Below are positions 37,532 to 61,207 of a stretch of DNA of 62,783 bases, piece after piece; the first letter of the stretch is position 1, and every line of letters starts with the position of its first letter. This DNA is from Aplysia californica. Taxonomy: Eukaryota. The notes below the pieces were generated by a model. That model was given only the letters and a program-made list of their open reading frames with translations, was not told the DNA's origin and did not search any database. A program made the position numbers and the translations under genes. Location: assembly GCF_000002075.1 (NCBI RefSeq), contig NW_004798019.1, forward strand, positions 279,166-341,948, in the 5' to 3' direction.

Positions 37532-40083
37532 TGTTGCTGTGGCATATCAAACACAGAAAGAACTCTCTGGTCTTTGAGCTCTGTCTTATGTGCCAAATGG
37601 GCCTCACTTTGCTGACTGTCGAGAGCATCAAACACAAGAGGCCCAACAGGCATGGCAACAGACATTGGCAGAGTTGTAAGTACCTTATGATCCTCCATTA
37701 AAGTCAGTGGTCCATTTGGCTGGAATTGCAATGGTGGTTGGGACGACTGCGGAGGGGGAGGAGGTGGTGCAGGAGGAGGAGGAGGAGGAGGAAGCGACGG
37801 TGGAGGAACAGAGTGCGGTGGAAGAAGAGATGGACCAGGAGCCTTCATGCTATTGCCAGCAACTTTCCTAGTGGCAGCAGCCGCAGTAACCGGCAGCTTG
37901 CTCAGATCTCCAGAAAGGGCAGCCTGAGGGTCTTGTATGCCATGAGTTCGGCGTAAGTGTTTGTTCTTTCCATACGTGGTGGTGAAGCCTGCATCACAGA
38001 TTGGGCATTTGTGCGGCTTCTGTCCTGTATGCTTGAGATTATGTTTGATGAGATTGCAGCGCTTCGTACAGCTATAACCACACGCTGTGCACTTGAAGGG
38101 GCGTGGCCGGTTAGCATCGTGGATTTTCATGTGTGCAGCGAGTGCAGGTTTTGTTCTGAACCTTGACGAACACGTAGGACAGATGAAAGGCTTCTCCCCA
38201 CTGTGCTTCCTCACATGGTTCTCGTAGGGTTTTTTACTGATAAAGCATTCGCCACAAGTATCGCACTTGTAAGGAGCCTCCCCAGCATGCACTTTGAGAT
38301 GAAGGTTAAACGTCTTCTCCTTCTTGAAGCTCAGATCACACTTGTCACACTGATATGGTTTCACTGAACTGTGTTTGCTTTTGTGGTCACGAAGATTGCA
38401 CCGGAAACGATAAGCTTTCCCGCACACTTCACATACAAATGGTTTGTCTCTAGCCTTTGGCCCATGTCGTACCTCTTTGTGGTAATCATATTTCTTCTTA
38501 CTGACCAGAATAGCCCCACAAAGTTCACAAGGGTACCTCTGCCTGGTGTGCATTGACTCGTGCTTATGAAGGGTACCTGAAGACTTGAACACTTTTCCAC
38601 AGAAGGTACACACTCCTCCTAAATCGTCCGGCATGGTTTCTTCGGGATGCTTTTGAAGGAAATGTTGCTTCAGTACACATGGCCAACGGAATGGTTTGGC
38701 ACAGATTGCACATTCATAATTGTATTTTTTTTCCTTGTTCTTCTTGATAGGGAGCTTCATTCCAAGCTTCTGAGCCTTCAGTAGAAGTGCTGCTTTGGAC
38801 TGGAGCTGTTTCTTCCTCACTTCTTCAGCACTCACGACTTCTCTTTCTGTTGTAGATTGGCTCTCCTCAACCCCAGTATCATTGAGAGTATCACCAGAAT
38901 CATCTTCTTCATCAGAAATCACCTTATGGGTACCTTCTTCTTCTTTGTCGTCTTTCCGAGGATGACTCAACAAGTCTGCACTTCCGTTTTCCTTAACAGA
39001 ATTGACTGGTTCTGATAATTTTAGTTTATGTCCATTAGACGCTTGGGAGGAATTTTCTGAAATTGTGACAGACAACACATTCAGGCTGTGAACAGACTTA
39101 AAATGGGAGGCGAGATCAGTTTCATCCATACACAGAGTTGTGCAGATGTGGCATTGGAAAAAGGAATTCTTCTTTGCCTTTTGGGATAATGTTCTCTCTA
39201 AAACAACAGAGGGATTCATAGCTGCTTGTTTACTGTCTGAAGCTTTTCCTCCTCTTCGAGGATACTTTCGTTTCACAGGGCTCACCTGATCTGCAGAACA
39301 CTTTGAAACACCTAGCTTTGCCTTAACTTGGGGTCTCTTCCTCAATCGCTCTTTCCTCTTTGGCAGCTTTTGAGTCTCATCCTCTTCTGTTTTAACTGCA
39401 TCTGGATTTGTAACTGCCTCAGTTTTTGTTTCACCATTTTGTAATTCTGAACTGAGAAATGATGAATCTTCCTCAATTGAGTCTTCTAATTCTCCTTCTT
39501 CACCTTGTGCATCAAGCCGCTCTGACACTTTTTTTTTCACACATCCAAAGTTTACTTCACAGCTGCCATCTTGACAAACACCCTTTTTCTGACAAACATC
39601 AAACACATCTTTGAGATCAGGGAACTTTGTCTTCAGCAAAATGCTCAGAGATTCATTAGCAATTCCTCCGATGATTCGATCTCTCAGCTGTAGAGTCTTC
39701 AGCTCACAGAATTCAAAAACTCGAATCAAGTCTGCTAGGAAACTGCAAATACATTCTCCTTTCTTCTGAGATATGGAGAAGAACTTATATCTCTCGTACA
39801 GCAGAATGAACTTGGGTAAACAAGCACTGCTGATTTTTTCCAGGAGGATATTGGCAGCCACATCTTGGTCATCACTATAAGTGGCAAGGGACTTGACCAT
39901 CTCTACGACCTGCTTGCCTCCGAGGTAAGACAAAAGTGACTTTTTTCTTTGACGACCCTTCCCAGGCCCTTTAGGAAGCAGCTTGTCGTAACTGTTAAAC
40001 CTTTGGTTCAGGCTGTGCCAATTTCCAAGAGTTAGTTTTGCAGACTCTTCGAAATCAGACGGTAAAGGTACCATGAACTCCAT
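37351..40083 (-). CDS. Gag-like (Ty3/Gypsy capsid-derived) domain plus C2H2 zinc-finger protein, 910 aa, single coding exon
   Basis: Uninterrupted ORF with Kozak-like caccATGG and an upstream acceptor at 40164-40165. One isolated finger plus 9 clustered C2H2 fingers (about 38720-37942) with HSGEKPF/HTGQKPH linkers. aa 20-165 show the retroelement Gag pattern. Poly-P and poly-Q tail. Confidence 0.93.
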
Positions 40084-41121
40084 GGTGTCTCAAAGACTAA
40101 ACTGAAGGTTAGATGATTTACCGCTAAAAAATAAAGCTCAGAACTTGTCCATTGGTTTGATGCCTGAAAAAGAAAGAAAAACAAAAATGTGTGACATATG
40201 CAGGTCCAGTCCAATCATAAACAAATCTAAAAATTTACAAAAAAAGAACGAACAAATGTTGAGGTGGACATTAACCATGACCGAGAAACGTGCTTAGAGC
40301 ACAAACAGTTCTAAACAGTCAAGTCCCCAGAAGTCGATGATAAGCAGGCTGTAAGTGTATAACAGAAAGTCCAAGAAGCATACCAGAATTTATAAGAATT
40401 TTATCCTGCAATGGGCAATCTCCAAAAGCCAAAACGCATTCTGTTCACTTTGGAAACTTAAGCTCCTAAAGTCTCAGGCAAGATTAGACTAACCTTCCCC
40501 TCACCCGTATTCCAAAAATACTAAATTTGATATTAAAATTCACAGTAAAATTAGATTCAATCTAAGCTTATGCAAAATATAGGTTAACCACGTGAGACAG
40601 CTATGCCACACAGCACAGAGAACATAATATTGAGCACCAGTGCATACATCATTCACAATGTCAATTTGATTTTGATTCAGACGGCTAGCCACATTTTCAT
40701 TTTCTTTTGTATGGCAAAAAAAAAAAGTGACCATTTTGGCACAGTGCAACTGAATTCAACTTAATTCGACGGTGATCTTTAATATTAAACATGCTTGTTT
40801 GTAAATGTTGCGGGTCGAATCCGTCAAAACTGGTGGTTAAGATTTTTTTTTTTTACTTCAGTGCCCCCCCCCCAAACGGTCCAAAGTCAAAGCGCGCAAA
40901 TAACTACATGGTGTGATGCAGCTCGATCAAAAACCATCAAATCATCAAATATTTTTTAAAACTAATTAACGACGGAAATGAAGTTGATATTCTCGTGTTC
41001 AGTGCATCAATAGATCTTGATCTAGATAAGTATAAGATAGATATCTAGCAGAAAATGGACAACTGGTACCTAAGCTTGTGACGGGAGGGAAAGTAAAAGA
41101 ATGCAACAAAAAATCAATAGT

Positions 41122-41500
41122 AATTTTTATTGAAGTGACTATTTCTCCGAACGCTAGGGAAAATAAACTTGACCTCTATTTCCCCAAATGGTTTCTGTTC
41201 TCGAAATTTTTTGGTAATTTGAGAGATTTTGGCGTCATCTTTCATTCTGCGAGGACTCGGAGGAAGCATTTTTTTGCATCATTTTCAATTTCTAGATCTG
41301 GAGTTCTTTAAATGTCTGAATATTCAGACTTCAAATTGAAGTTCAATTGTGGTAGAGGCAACGTTCCTGGACTTTACTTCATTTGAAAATGCCTTCAAAA
41401 AAACGTACTGCAGGAGAAAACAAGACCGCTCGACCTTAGCAATAACCTATTTTGCATTTAGTCACCCCTAAAGCAAAAACAAAAATCCTTCATGTAAACA
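41122..41500 (+). repeat. Dispersed ~380-bp repeat (inverted copy at 58520-58862)
   Basis: gaagtgactatttctcc.aacgct..ggaaaataaa ... ttttgcatttagtcaccc..aaaatccttcatgtaaa matches the reverse complement of 58520-58862. Confidence 0.85.
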
Positions 41501-42109
41501 AAAAAAATCCCTCCACCCCCCCTCCCCCCACACACCTATACTCCTATACACACACGTACTCACTCTCACACACATACGCGGGCCACTCCATTCGCAAAAA
41601 AAACAACAAATCTCGAGAACGTAAACCACTCGGAGATTCAGAGAAATACAGTTCAAGTTTATTTTCCAGAGCGATAGATCTAGATCTAGATCCGGCCAAA
41701 AAAAGGCCAATTTTTATTAGGGTTAGGGCAAGGGGTAGGCAGTCTACTCTAAATCTAGAGAAATAGCAGAGTGAGAGGGTCACAATCATCATAATCATTC
41801 ATTAGAGTTTGGGCTAGGGGAAGGGGGTAAGGGTTTAGGGGTAGGATTGCAGGATAGTAATAGTAGTAGTAGGGTTGTATAGATCTAGATCTAGATTCTA
41901 GGGATTGTTGGGGCCAGTACCAGATTATTCTCGTTCATCAACTTTCATTCATCACACAGTCACACAATCACCGAGCAGCAAGATTCTATTTCTTTCAGAA
42001 ATTTTCTTTCTCTTCGAAAGACTCAGGCTCAGGACTACTAAGATAGATCTAAACATCTCTATTTTTTGCGTGCTATACCTTACTAAAGTGACCAAAGGCT
42101 AAAACTTAC

Positions 42110-42230
42110 AGAAAAAAATCCACAAATGGAAAGAAATGTTCAAGTACTTTTATTTGTTTACAGTCGAGTCGGTCAGCCAGGAAACCAGGAAGGACGCCAT
42201 CTTTGCCAGAGTTTTCTGAGAGTACAGAAG
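42110..42230 (-). other. Probable non-coding first exon of the Gag-ZNF gene
   Basis: Donor GTAAGT at 42109-42104, YY1-like AAGATGGCG at about 42203-42195, and TAGATC tracts just downstream as at the other gene starts. The 5' boundary is a guess. Confidence 0.55.
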
Positions 42231-42713
42231 TTGGTACCAACCAACCAGGCTAATTCCATGATAATGTTTCGTTAAAACCGCGAAAAGTTCTGTGACCTGT
42301 GTAACATGCGATTTTTCATCTTACAACGTAAGGGTTGCAATAACGAATTATACTTGTATCATGATTACAAACAAAAGAGAAATAACAAATTATTGGAAAT
42401 AACATAATAGGCTAGGCCTACCAACTTTTCATTTTTGTTGTTGTCGGGCCTCCAGTTGTCTTTGATTACTTGCCTACTATACATACTGTTTGCACCCAAA
42501 CCAGTCAGTCCGGGGCATACGTGGGAGGAGGAGGAGGGGGGGGGGGGGGGGGGGGGGGGGGTACATCGATCTGTTACTTCAGTTCAGTAAAAGTAAAAGA
42601 AACTTTCCAAAAGTTGACTCGATTACAAGTGACACAGAAATAACGCGTGTGATTCTACAGTATTGTATTGATGAGTATAGACAGAGCAATAGTGGACCGT
42701 GTGTGTGTGTTTG

Positions 42714-42894
42714 TTTTAGTAAGAGTTTTAAGACACTTGCAACACAATAAGGTCATATAAGTATAAGTGCCGAAGATTAGAGGTGTTACAAGAGAGTAAC
42801 AAACACAAAAAAGGAGGGGAGATAAAGACGATAGCTAGACGTTTGATAGGAAAGAAGAAGCATACCACACCAGAGCACCCGCCAACCACCCACG
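42714..42894 (-). mobile_element. Best copy of a high-copy ~170-bp SINE-like or LINE-3'-end repeat
   Basis: About 15 copies in the window. The sense strand ends in the stem-loop cggcRctt..atgacc..aagtgccg followed by an (ACTAAA)n tail, resembling 3' ends of I/Nimb-type LINEs. Confidence 0.8.
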
Positions 42895-42911
42895 TGTGTG
42901 TGTGTGTGTGA

Positions 42912-42968
<57 letters not shown>

Positions 42969-43110
42969 TATGTGTGTGTGTTAGAGCGAAGGCGTACGTG
43001 TTTGCTTATTTGTGTGCGTGTGTGTGCGCCTGCGTGTTTGTGTTAGCGTATATATATGGTGCATGTGTATAAAATTTGTGTGCGTGTGTGTGCGTGAGCG
43101 CGTGTGTGTT
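42894..43110. repeat. (TG)n microsatellite region
   Basis: Read directly from the sequence. Confidence 0.95.
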
Positions 43111-46100
43111 AGCAGCATGCGTAGCTTAGTGTAGGCATGTATTCTGTGCATGTGAGAGCCCGCGCGTGCGTGTTTAAATCATGTAGGTGGGTTTCCGACC
43201 CTGCCTGTAGTGTCAGGCCCAACGGTCCCAGGTTGAGAACGATGCAACACCTAAACAAAATGATCGAAATAGCCTATTGTACTCGATTAGAATTCCTCGG
43301 CTTAAAAAGGTTTCGCCCACTCGGGTACCGACCTCGGCTCTCCTGCTTACAACAACGATTTCGAAGAGCTTAACACTTAAACGCTGCACTGTGCTTTTCT
43401 GACTTGTGTGCGGCGAGCGGGAAGCACACTTTGAGTAACCTTGTGTTCAGGCTTGCACATTTCTCCAGTCGATGACACGTTTGTTGAACTTAAACTTAAA
43501 CAGAAGCAGACATAAGCCCTGGGCATCTCTTTCGTGGATGTAAAGAACAAGAACAGCATTGACTCGAGTGAGTCTCTCTCGCTGCATCGCATAATTTCTT
43601 ATATGACATTTTTTAGTGTTCTCCTCTTTAGTTTCAGGGTGCTAAAGTAGAGTTCCGCTTCTGTGGATGTTACAGATCCATGTCGTGTGAACAATCTTCT
43701 TCATCATACAATGGAAATCTGATATAACCGTCAGGGATGGTAGGACCAGAGAAAAAGCCCTGTTTCTGTTACATTCGATCCCTGTTAAATCAAAAATGCA
43801 GGGGAAGTAAGCATTTGTGAACTAATCCAGATGTATTTATTCATGGGTAGTTTCCCTTGACACAAGTACCCAAGCACAGGGGTTTTTGCCTCGTGGCAGG
43901 CCTGCGCTTGACATATTATGCGTGCGTGTAGCTAGGCTTAGGGCTAGATTGAAGTCTGTCGCACACCGCAGCCCTCTCTCGCTTCACCCGCTGCATGTGC
44001 TTGCAGTTGCAGTGGCGTGGGCTTGTTCCATCATTACTCTCTCTTACTTTTTACACGTTGTTAACGAGCCTTGGTCCCTGCTATAACCCATTGGGTTCCA
44101 ATGAGGCCCTTTTATTGCCGATCACTTTCAATAGAGACAAAGAGTAGCAAAAAACGGGAATTAAAAAAATACCTGTCATTACTGGATCCCTGTTATTACC
44201 AGGCCTGTTATATAATATATGGTTTCCACTGTACATACCATGTACATTTTGTGGATTTCTTTTAAAAGTATCCTGCAGACCCATAGACATACAGTCATGC
44301 AGTTGAACCTGTTAGTTCAAATAGCCACCAGTGCAAAAGGCCACTACCCATTCCTCCTTGCATTTTAAAAAACATAATTTATAATGACACTGTCTTAGAC
44401 AACCACCTGTCCAATACATGTACAGCCAATTTTTAACTCAACAATGGATGGCTGTTTTAATAATACAGTTTCCATTGTATTCTCAGCAGACACAAAAAAT
44501 TAGTGAAGAGATTAGACAGTTCAGTCTGTGCTCTACATGAACGAAAAAAAATTAATTGTGTACAGAACGTACCAGCCGTACCTTACTCAGAAGTGGGAAC
44601 TACTTCTTTTCTTAGGTATGTGTACAATTTAGATCTTTTAGGAGGCTGACTTTGGGACAACTCGGACAGAGGATACAACATCCGAGAAGAAAGAAAGAGA
44701 CTTAGAAACAAGTAGCCTACTTAGTACTGTATTCTATAAAAATTCTCCCCACATGAAAATCGAACAAGGGTTTTCTGTGTGCCATGGCGAAACACCTAAC
44801 CTCTACACCACAGATGCTGGTTCCTCACGCTGACTGTCTATCTGTGACATTGACAAACCATTCAACCGGCCGTTGTCTTTCACGAACTTGACACTGTTGC
44901 TGTTACCATAGATGGTGACTAGCAGATGTTAGTGGTTTCATCTTCTGACGCTGCGATGAAATCCGATTTTGCTATTGATTCTTTGAGATCTTCAAAGTAC
45001 ATACATGCTTCCAAAGAACTAGAAACAAGTTTACGTTTTAGTAAAGTTTAAGGCACTTGCAACAAGAGAGGGAGAAATAAGGACGACAGATGTTTGAAAG
45101 GAAAGAAGGAGCAAACCACAACAGAAAAGCCAGGATTTCCTTTTGTTCCTGACTAATGTTTACCTAGCCACATATATGCAGTTTCAAACTATGCCCGTCA
45201 ATCTGATTTATCTTGTGTACACTGAAAGTGATCAAACCAAGAAAACTCTCTTGTTACTATAGGAGATAAAACAGATTTATTGTGTCCTCCGAGATGCAGC
45301 TCGAGGAAACCACAATATTTGATGCCTTCAATAATCTCTGTTTGAAATATGCCTGTTTTCCTTAACTTGCTTATTGTGAAGTTCCAGTGATAGCTGATGA
45401 CCTTCAAGTATTTGAGATATTTTACGTGTCCACTGACACAATTTCACTTAGGAGGCGGGCTTCGGCCTAGCAAAAGCTGTCAATTCAAAGCTGAAGAGCA
45501 TATGGAAAGATAACTACCCCTGTGCTTTCCAGATGAGGCTGTGGAGGCAGGAATCTTGCATACTGCCTACCAAGTCAAGAAGAATATTCTGAATTAATTT
45601 GTGATCCACTCTCATCCACATCACAATAGACAGCAGTAGTAGCCCTAAATCAAGAAAACGGTATCTCTAAAGAGAAAATGAATAATGGCATACAATGAGG
45701 AACACATGAACAAATTAGGAGAGAGGAATGTTTTATTCCTTTCTGAAAAGAGAAACTTCATAAGCTAAGTGAATAAGAAATCCCCCCCCCCCCCCAACCT
45801 ATTCACTTCTCTCTTCATTTTACATATATCATAAAAAATATTCATAATCATTGCACATCTAAACTGACATCCTTTTCAAGCATTCACTTAGCAACTGAAA
45901 GTACTGAAAGCAATAGATAAAGCTATTTACAACCAACGCTTCAGCAGTTTACATGGTAATGGTAAAAAAGTGTTCATATTTATATGAAACGGGCAATACA
46001 GTCTGTGAGAAGTTTTTGAAATGAACAAAATGAATGAAATTTGCTGCCTTAACTTGAAATTCAAGCATCTGAACAGAGCTTAATTATCAGTTGCTGAAGC

Positions 46101-46425
46101 ATTTCTAAGTTGGAAAAAAGCTTTCTTGTTTAACTACTGAGTGTCAGTGCTACCCTCACTATCAAATACTCATGCTGTACAAACCCACAATATACATGTA
46201 TTGCATGAATTTACAATAGAGGAGGTTTCAATGAATGATTTTTATTTTCAACGTATCAGTATCATATAATCCTCACACATCAGTCACACACACACACACT
46301 ACCAAATACACACCTTGCTTCTCTTTCTCAGCATCAAAATACTCACACAAGAAGAAACACTAAATTGCAATATATTACAAAAAGACACTGAAAAACAAAT
46401 ATACAACATACATACAAAAGAAATG

Positions 46426-57461
<11,036 letters not shown>

Positions 57462-57900
57462 TTTCGACGTATTCCTCAAAAATGTTGTTTCTATGACTGA
57501 AGAGTCTGAAGAGTCCTTGAAAAGTTGAAATGGCGAAACGATACGAGTTTCATTCAAGTGAGACAGACTTGTCTCGGCTATACGGAAACTATCTGAGAAT
57601 CTGATTTGTTTATCCCCCCCCTCCCCCCAAAACCCCCAAACAAACAAACAAACTATTTCATCAAAAAAGATCTTTAGATATTATGTTCATTCTTGAAGTT
57701 TTATTTTTTTACTGATCGCTCTTTAGGCTATGCAGAAATTTTCGAAACTACATAAATTCGCTGGTTTTTCATGGTAAGTTTAGCGGGGTTTTCAGTTGCT
57801 GTCAAAGCGACATAACTCGCGATTTCTTTTGTACAACTGACTGCTGGCTGAATAAACAATGAACACTGACTGTACTGATGTTTTAGTACACAGCTGTTGT
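57462..57900. promoter_or_regulatory. Probable bidirectional promoter between YEATS4 and the SLC7-like gene
   Basis: YEATS4 ATG lies within a YY1-type AAAATGGCGGC motif. A CpG-containing + strand segment at about 57890-57992 ends in the donor AG|GTAATG. Confidence 0.5.
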
Positions 57901-59019
57901 CTGAAGATGCCGGCGACGGTCTGAGTCGCGGAGTGTTGACGCGTCAAGTGAAGCTATTAGTAGAATGATTGGGCTGTGACGCACACAACAAGGTAATGAT
58001 TAGTAAAGAATCTGCATTTATTGAGATAGAGACTGCCATAAAGCAATGCCACGTAATGCCAAAACAATAAAATAACCCTGACGGCACGGTGGTAACGACC
58101 CGGTCTGATGGATCTGAGCCTGAGTCAGAATTTATTTTTCACACAAGAATCAAGTTCAAGAGAATAAAGTGCCAGATCTGGTAAAGCAGACATATCGGCA
58201 GTCGTGTTTCACCGTTACTCAGTCTACTCTTAAAAAGCACCATTCCAGCCTTATTTTATTATGCCTTATATCATCTGGCCCTGGCCATTCTCCGTCAACA
58301 GTCTGTTGCATTCTACTGAGGCTACATTAAAAGCTGTCTATAGTATAAATAGGCTATAAGCTACGATGAGAATCCTCAGATTGGCTATGGATCACAAATA
58401 ATTTAAAAGGAAAATTTAGGTGATAATGATACATGATACGAATACATGATGTTACATTATATATGTCTCACAGATTATAATTTGTTGCCAAAATAATTAT
58501 AATAATGAGTGATTTTTTTTTTACATGAAGGATTTTCGTTTTTGCTGGGTGACTAAATGCAAAATAGGTTACTGCCAAGGTCGAGCAGTCTTGTTTTCTC
58601 GCAGTACCTTTTGAAGGTATTTTCAAATTAAGTATTTTCTGGGAACGTTGCCCCAACCACAACTTAAATGTATCTGAATATTAAGACATTTAAAAATCTC
58701 TAGCTCTAGAAATCGAATTTGATGCAAAAAATGCTTCCTCGCAGAATGGCAGAATGAAAGAATGACGCCTAAATCTCGCAAACAACCAAAAAAGCTTGAG
58801 ATCAGAAACCGTTTGTAGAGTTCTGCTTTATTTTCCTGAGCGTTGGGAGAAATAGTCACTTCGTAATAATAACTGCATTTATAGAGTGATAAAATCTACG
58901 CTCTACACCATGCTGCATTGCTATGCATGGGGCAGTATGAGCTTTGCAACACTCCAACAGACTATTAAAAGAACACTCAGAAATATTCTTGGCCCTAGTT
59001 TTTTTTCTCGGCCTTCCTT

Positions 59020-59228
59020 GCTGGTGGCAAGCAAGCTGCGGATTACGTAAGTGCTCATACACTAACACGTTGACAAGATTTTTCACTGTCAATAGTTTGG
59101 TACCCATTCCCATTTCGGTGAAGGGAGGAAAATTCGTGTAAAGTCCCTTTCCCAAGGACATTACGTGGGGTCCCTAATGGATTCGAACTCATGACCTTAC
59201 CGTTGTGAGTACAAGAGCCACTGACGCC
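59020..59228 (-). mobile_element. tRNA-derived SINE, same family as 62677-62783
   Basis: The - strand reads ggcgtcagtggc..ggtaaggtcatgagttcgaatcc..gtccttgggaaagggactttacac. Confidence 0.75.
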
Positions 59229-61085
59229 AAATAATATCATATTGGCCATATATATATAATATTTTTATGTCTTTATTTTATTTGTTCTGCATTTGGACAA
59301 CTGTCTCACTATATTTATATTTTGTTCTGTGTTAAGGTGTTCTTCAGAAATATGGACAGACTTAAAATTACATCACTATTTTTTTTATTATAGTAGAGGG
59401 TTTTACGGCGCTCACAACTGCATTAGGTCATATGAGCGCCAAATTACATCACTGATTGTCGAAAGAATACATATATCATATGTCTGATAAGTTTGTATGA
59501 CGAGTGCCTGATTTCACCAAATGCCACACATTGTGACATTATCACAATGGCACTCCAAGGTGTCCACCTGTCAAAGACAGCCACTTTATCGTTGACAATA
59601 GGACAACTTCTAAACATATTATAGTTGAAAGTGAGGCATCGTGGTGAAATCAGGCTCTCATCAAATTAATGAAATCAAAGAAATCACCTTTTATTTGGCT
59701 GATGGTCAATTTTTACATAATTTTCTTTTGTTAGCTCAGCTCCTTTCATGTCCATTTAACAACACCTTTTTTATGTGGATTTTACTAAAAAACATTGATT
59801 AAAGGCACAGAAAAGGTAGGGTAAATTTTCAGTTTCCAGGGACACTGAGGCTATGGAAGTTACCAAACTTTGGCGGCCATTTTCTCACTAATTTCTCCTC
59901 TGATACCAGGAGACCCTGACCTCCTTCAATCGCAAATATACCGACTTCTTTTCTACATGGATGGATGTTTTTTCACTAAAAGGAAGGCAAATGAACATGC
60001 ATTAAGATGATACCAATAGCCCCATCATATGTCCAAAAATTGACGAGCGCCTGATTCCACCACGTTGTGACACATATATTATTATAATAAAAATTAAAAT
60101 CCTGATGACACCAACTTTTTCAGACCAGGGAATTTCTGTGTGTAAAGCAAATTTCATGTTAGGGAAGGTGCAATACCAAGTATTAAAGTTAAAGAGACAG
60201 AAAAAATGGGGAAACTCTTCTTTTGTGATTTCAGAAATTTTGTATTAAATGGCAAAAATACTACTGTTATGCATGGACCCACATGTACATGTTTACNNNN
60301 NNNNNNNNNNNNNNNNNNNNNNNNNNNNNNNNNNNNNNNNNNNNNNNNNNNNNNNNNNNNNNNNNNNNNNNNNNNNNNNNNNNNNNNNNNNNNNNNNNNN
60401 NNNNNNNNNNNNNNNNNNNNNNNNNNNNNNNNNNNNNNNNNNNNNNNNNNNNNNNNNNNNNNNNNNNNNNNNNNNNNNNNNNNNNNNNNNNNNNNNNNNN
60501 NNNNNNNNNNNNNNNNNNNNNNNNNNNNNNNNNNNNNNNNNNNNNNNNNNNNNNNNNNNNNNNNNNNNNNNNNNNNNNNNNNNNNNNNNNNNNNNNNNNN
60601 NNNNNNNNNNNNNNNNNNNNNNNNNNNNNNNNNNNNNNNNNNNNNNNNNNNNNNNNNNNNNNNNNNNNNNNNNNNNNNNNNNNNNNNNNNNNNNNNNNNN
60701 NNNNNNNNNNNNNNNNNNNNNNNNNNNNNNNNNNGCGGGGATATGCGCTATACAAATGCTATCTATTATTATTATTATTATTAGCTGTTGCTGCTGCTTC
60801 AGGAACATAAGTAGGACAACAAAAACAACTACCCTATTATCTATTTTGAACTCATGGTTTTGATCACTCGATTGTGAATGTGTACAATTTATTTGTATTT
60901 TTCTTCCAAAATGTATGGCAACAGAATGACAAAGCTTGGAAAGAAGCACACAGCAATTGGAATGATCAGACAGGTTTCAGAAAAGGAAGAAAGATTGACC
61001 TTCATTAGGAAATTCATTAGACAGCCATTGTACTCACATAATTAGCAGATCGGTTTGTAGACAGAATTATATGACATATTTTCAG

Positions 61086-61207
61086 GTCCCTCCGTCGTCA
61101 TTTGTTTCCTGGCAGCCATTTTGGTCACCCTCGTAAACGCCCTTGTGTATGCAGAGTTCGCCTCCCACGTTCCACAGACAGGGGCTTTGTACATCTATAT
61201 ATACAAG
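61086..61207 (+). CDS. Internal exon of an SLC7/APC-family cationic amino-acid transporter-like gene (continues beyond the window)
   Basis: Acceptor ttttcag, donor gtaaag. GPSVVICFLAAILVTLVNALVYAEFASHVPQTGALYIYIYK matches the CAT motif GPAxVISFLIAA...LCYAEFGARVPKTGSAYxY. Confidence 0.85.

Noticed and set aside
37396-38600. Overlapping and antisense short ORFs within the ZNF CDS
   Set aside because: Shadow frames of a GC-richer coding region with CAG and CCT repeats.
37351-40083. Active LTR retrotransposon
   Set aside because: No pol domains, CCHC knuckle, LTRs, PBS or PPT seen; the Gag-like part is in frame with host-type C2H2 fingers.
60206-60949. Long ORFs across N runs (also 5684-6056, 27565-27991, 52876-53236)
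   Set aside because: Artefacts of assembly gaps.
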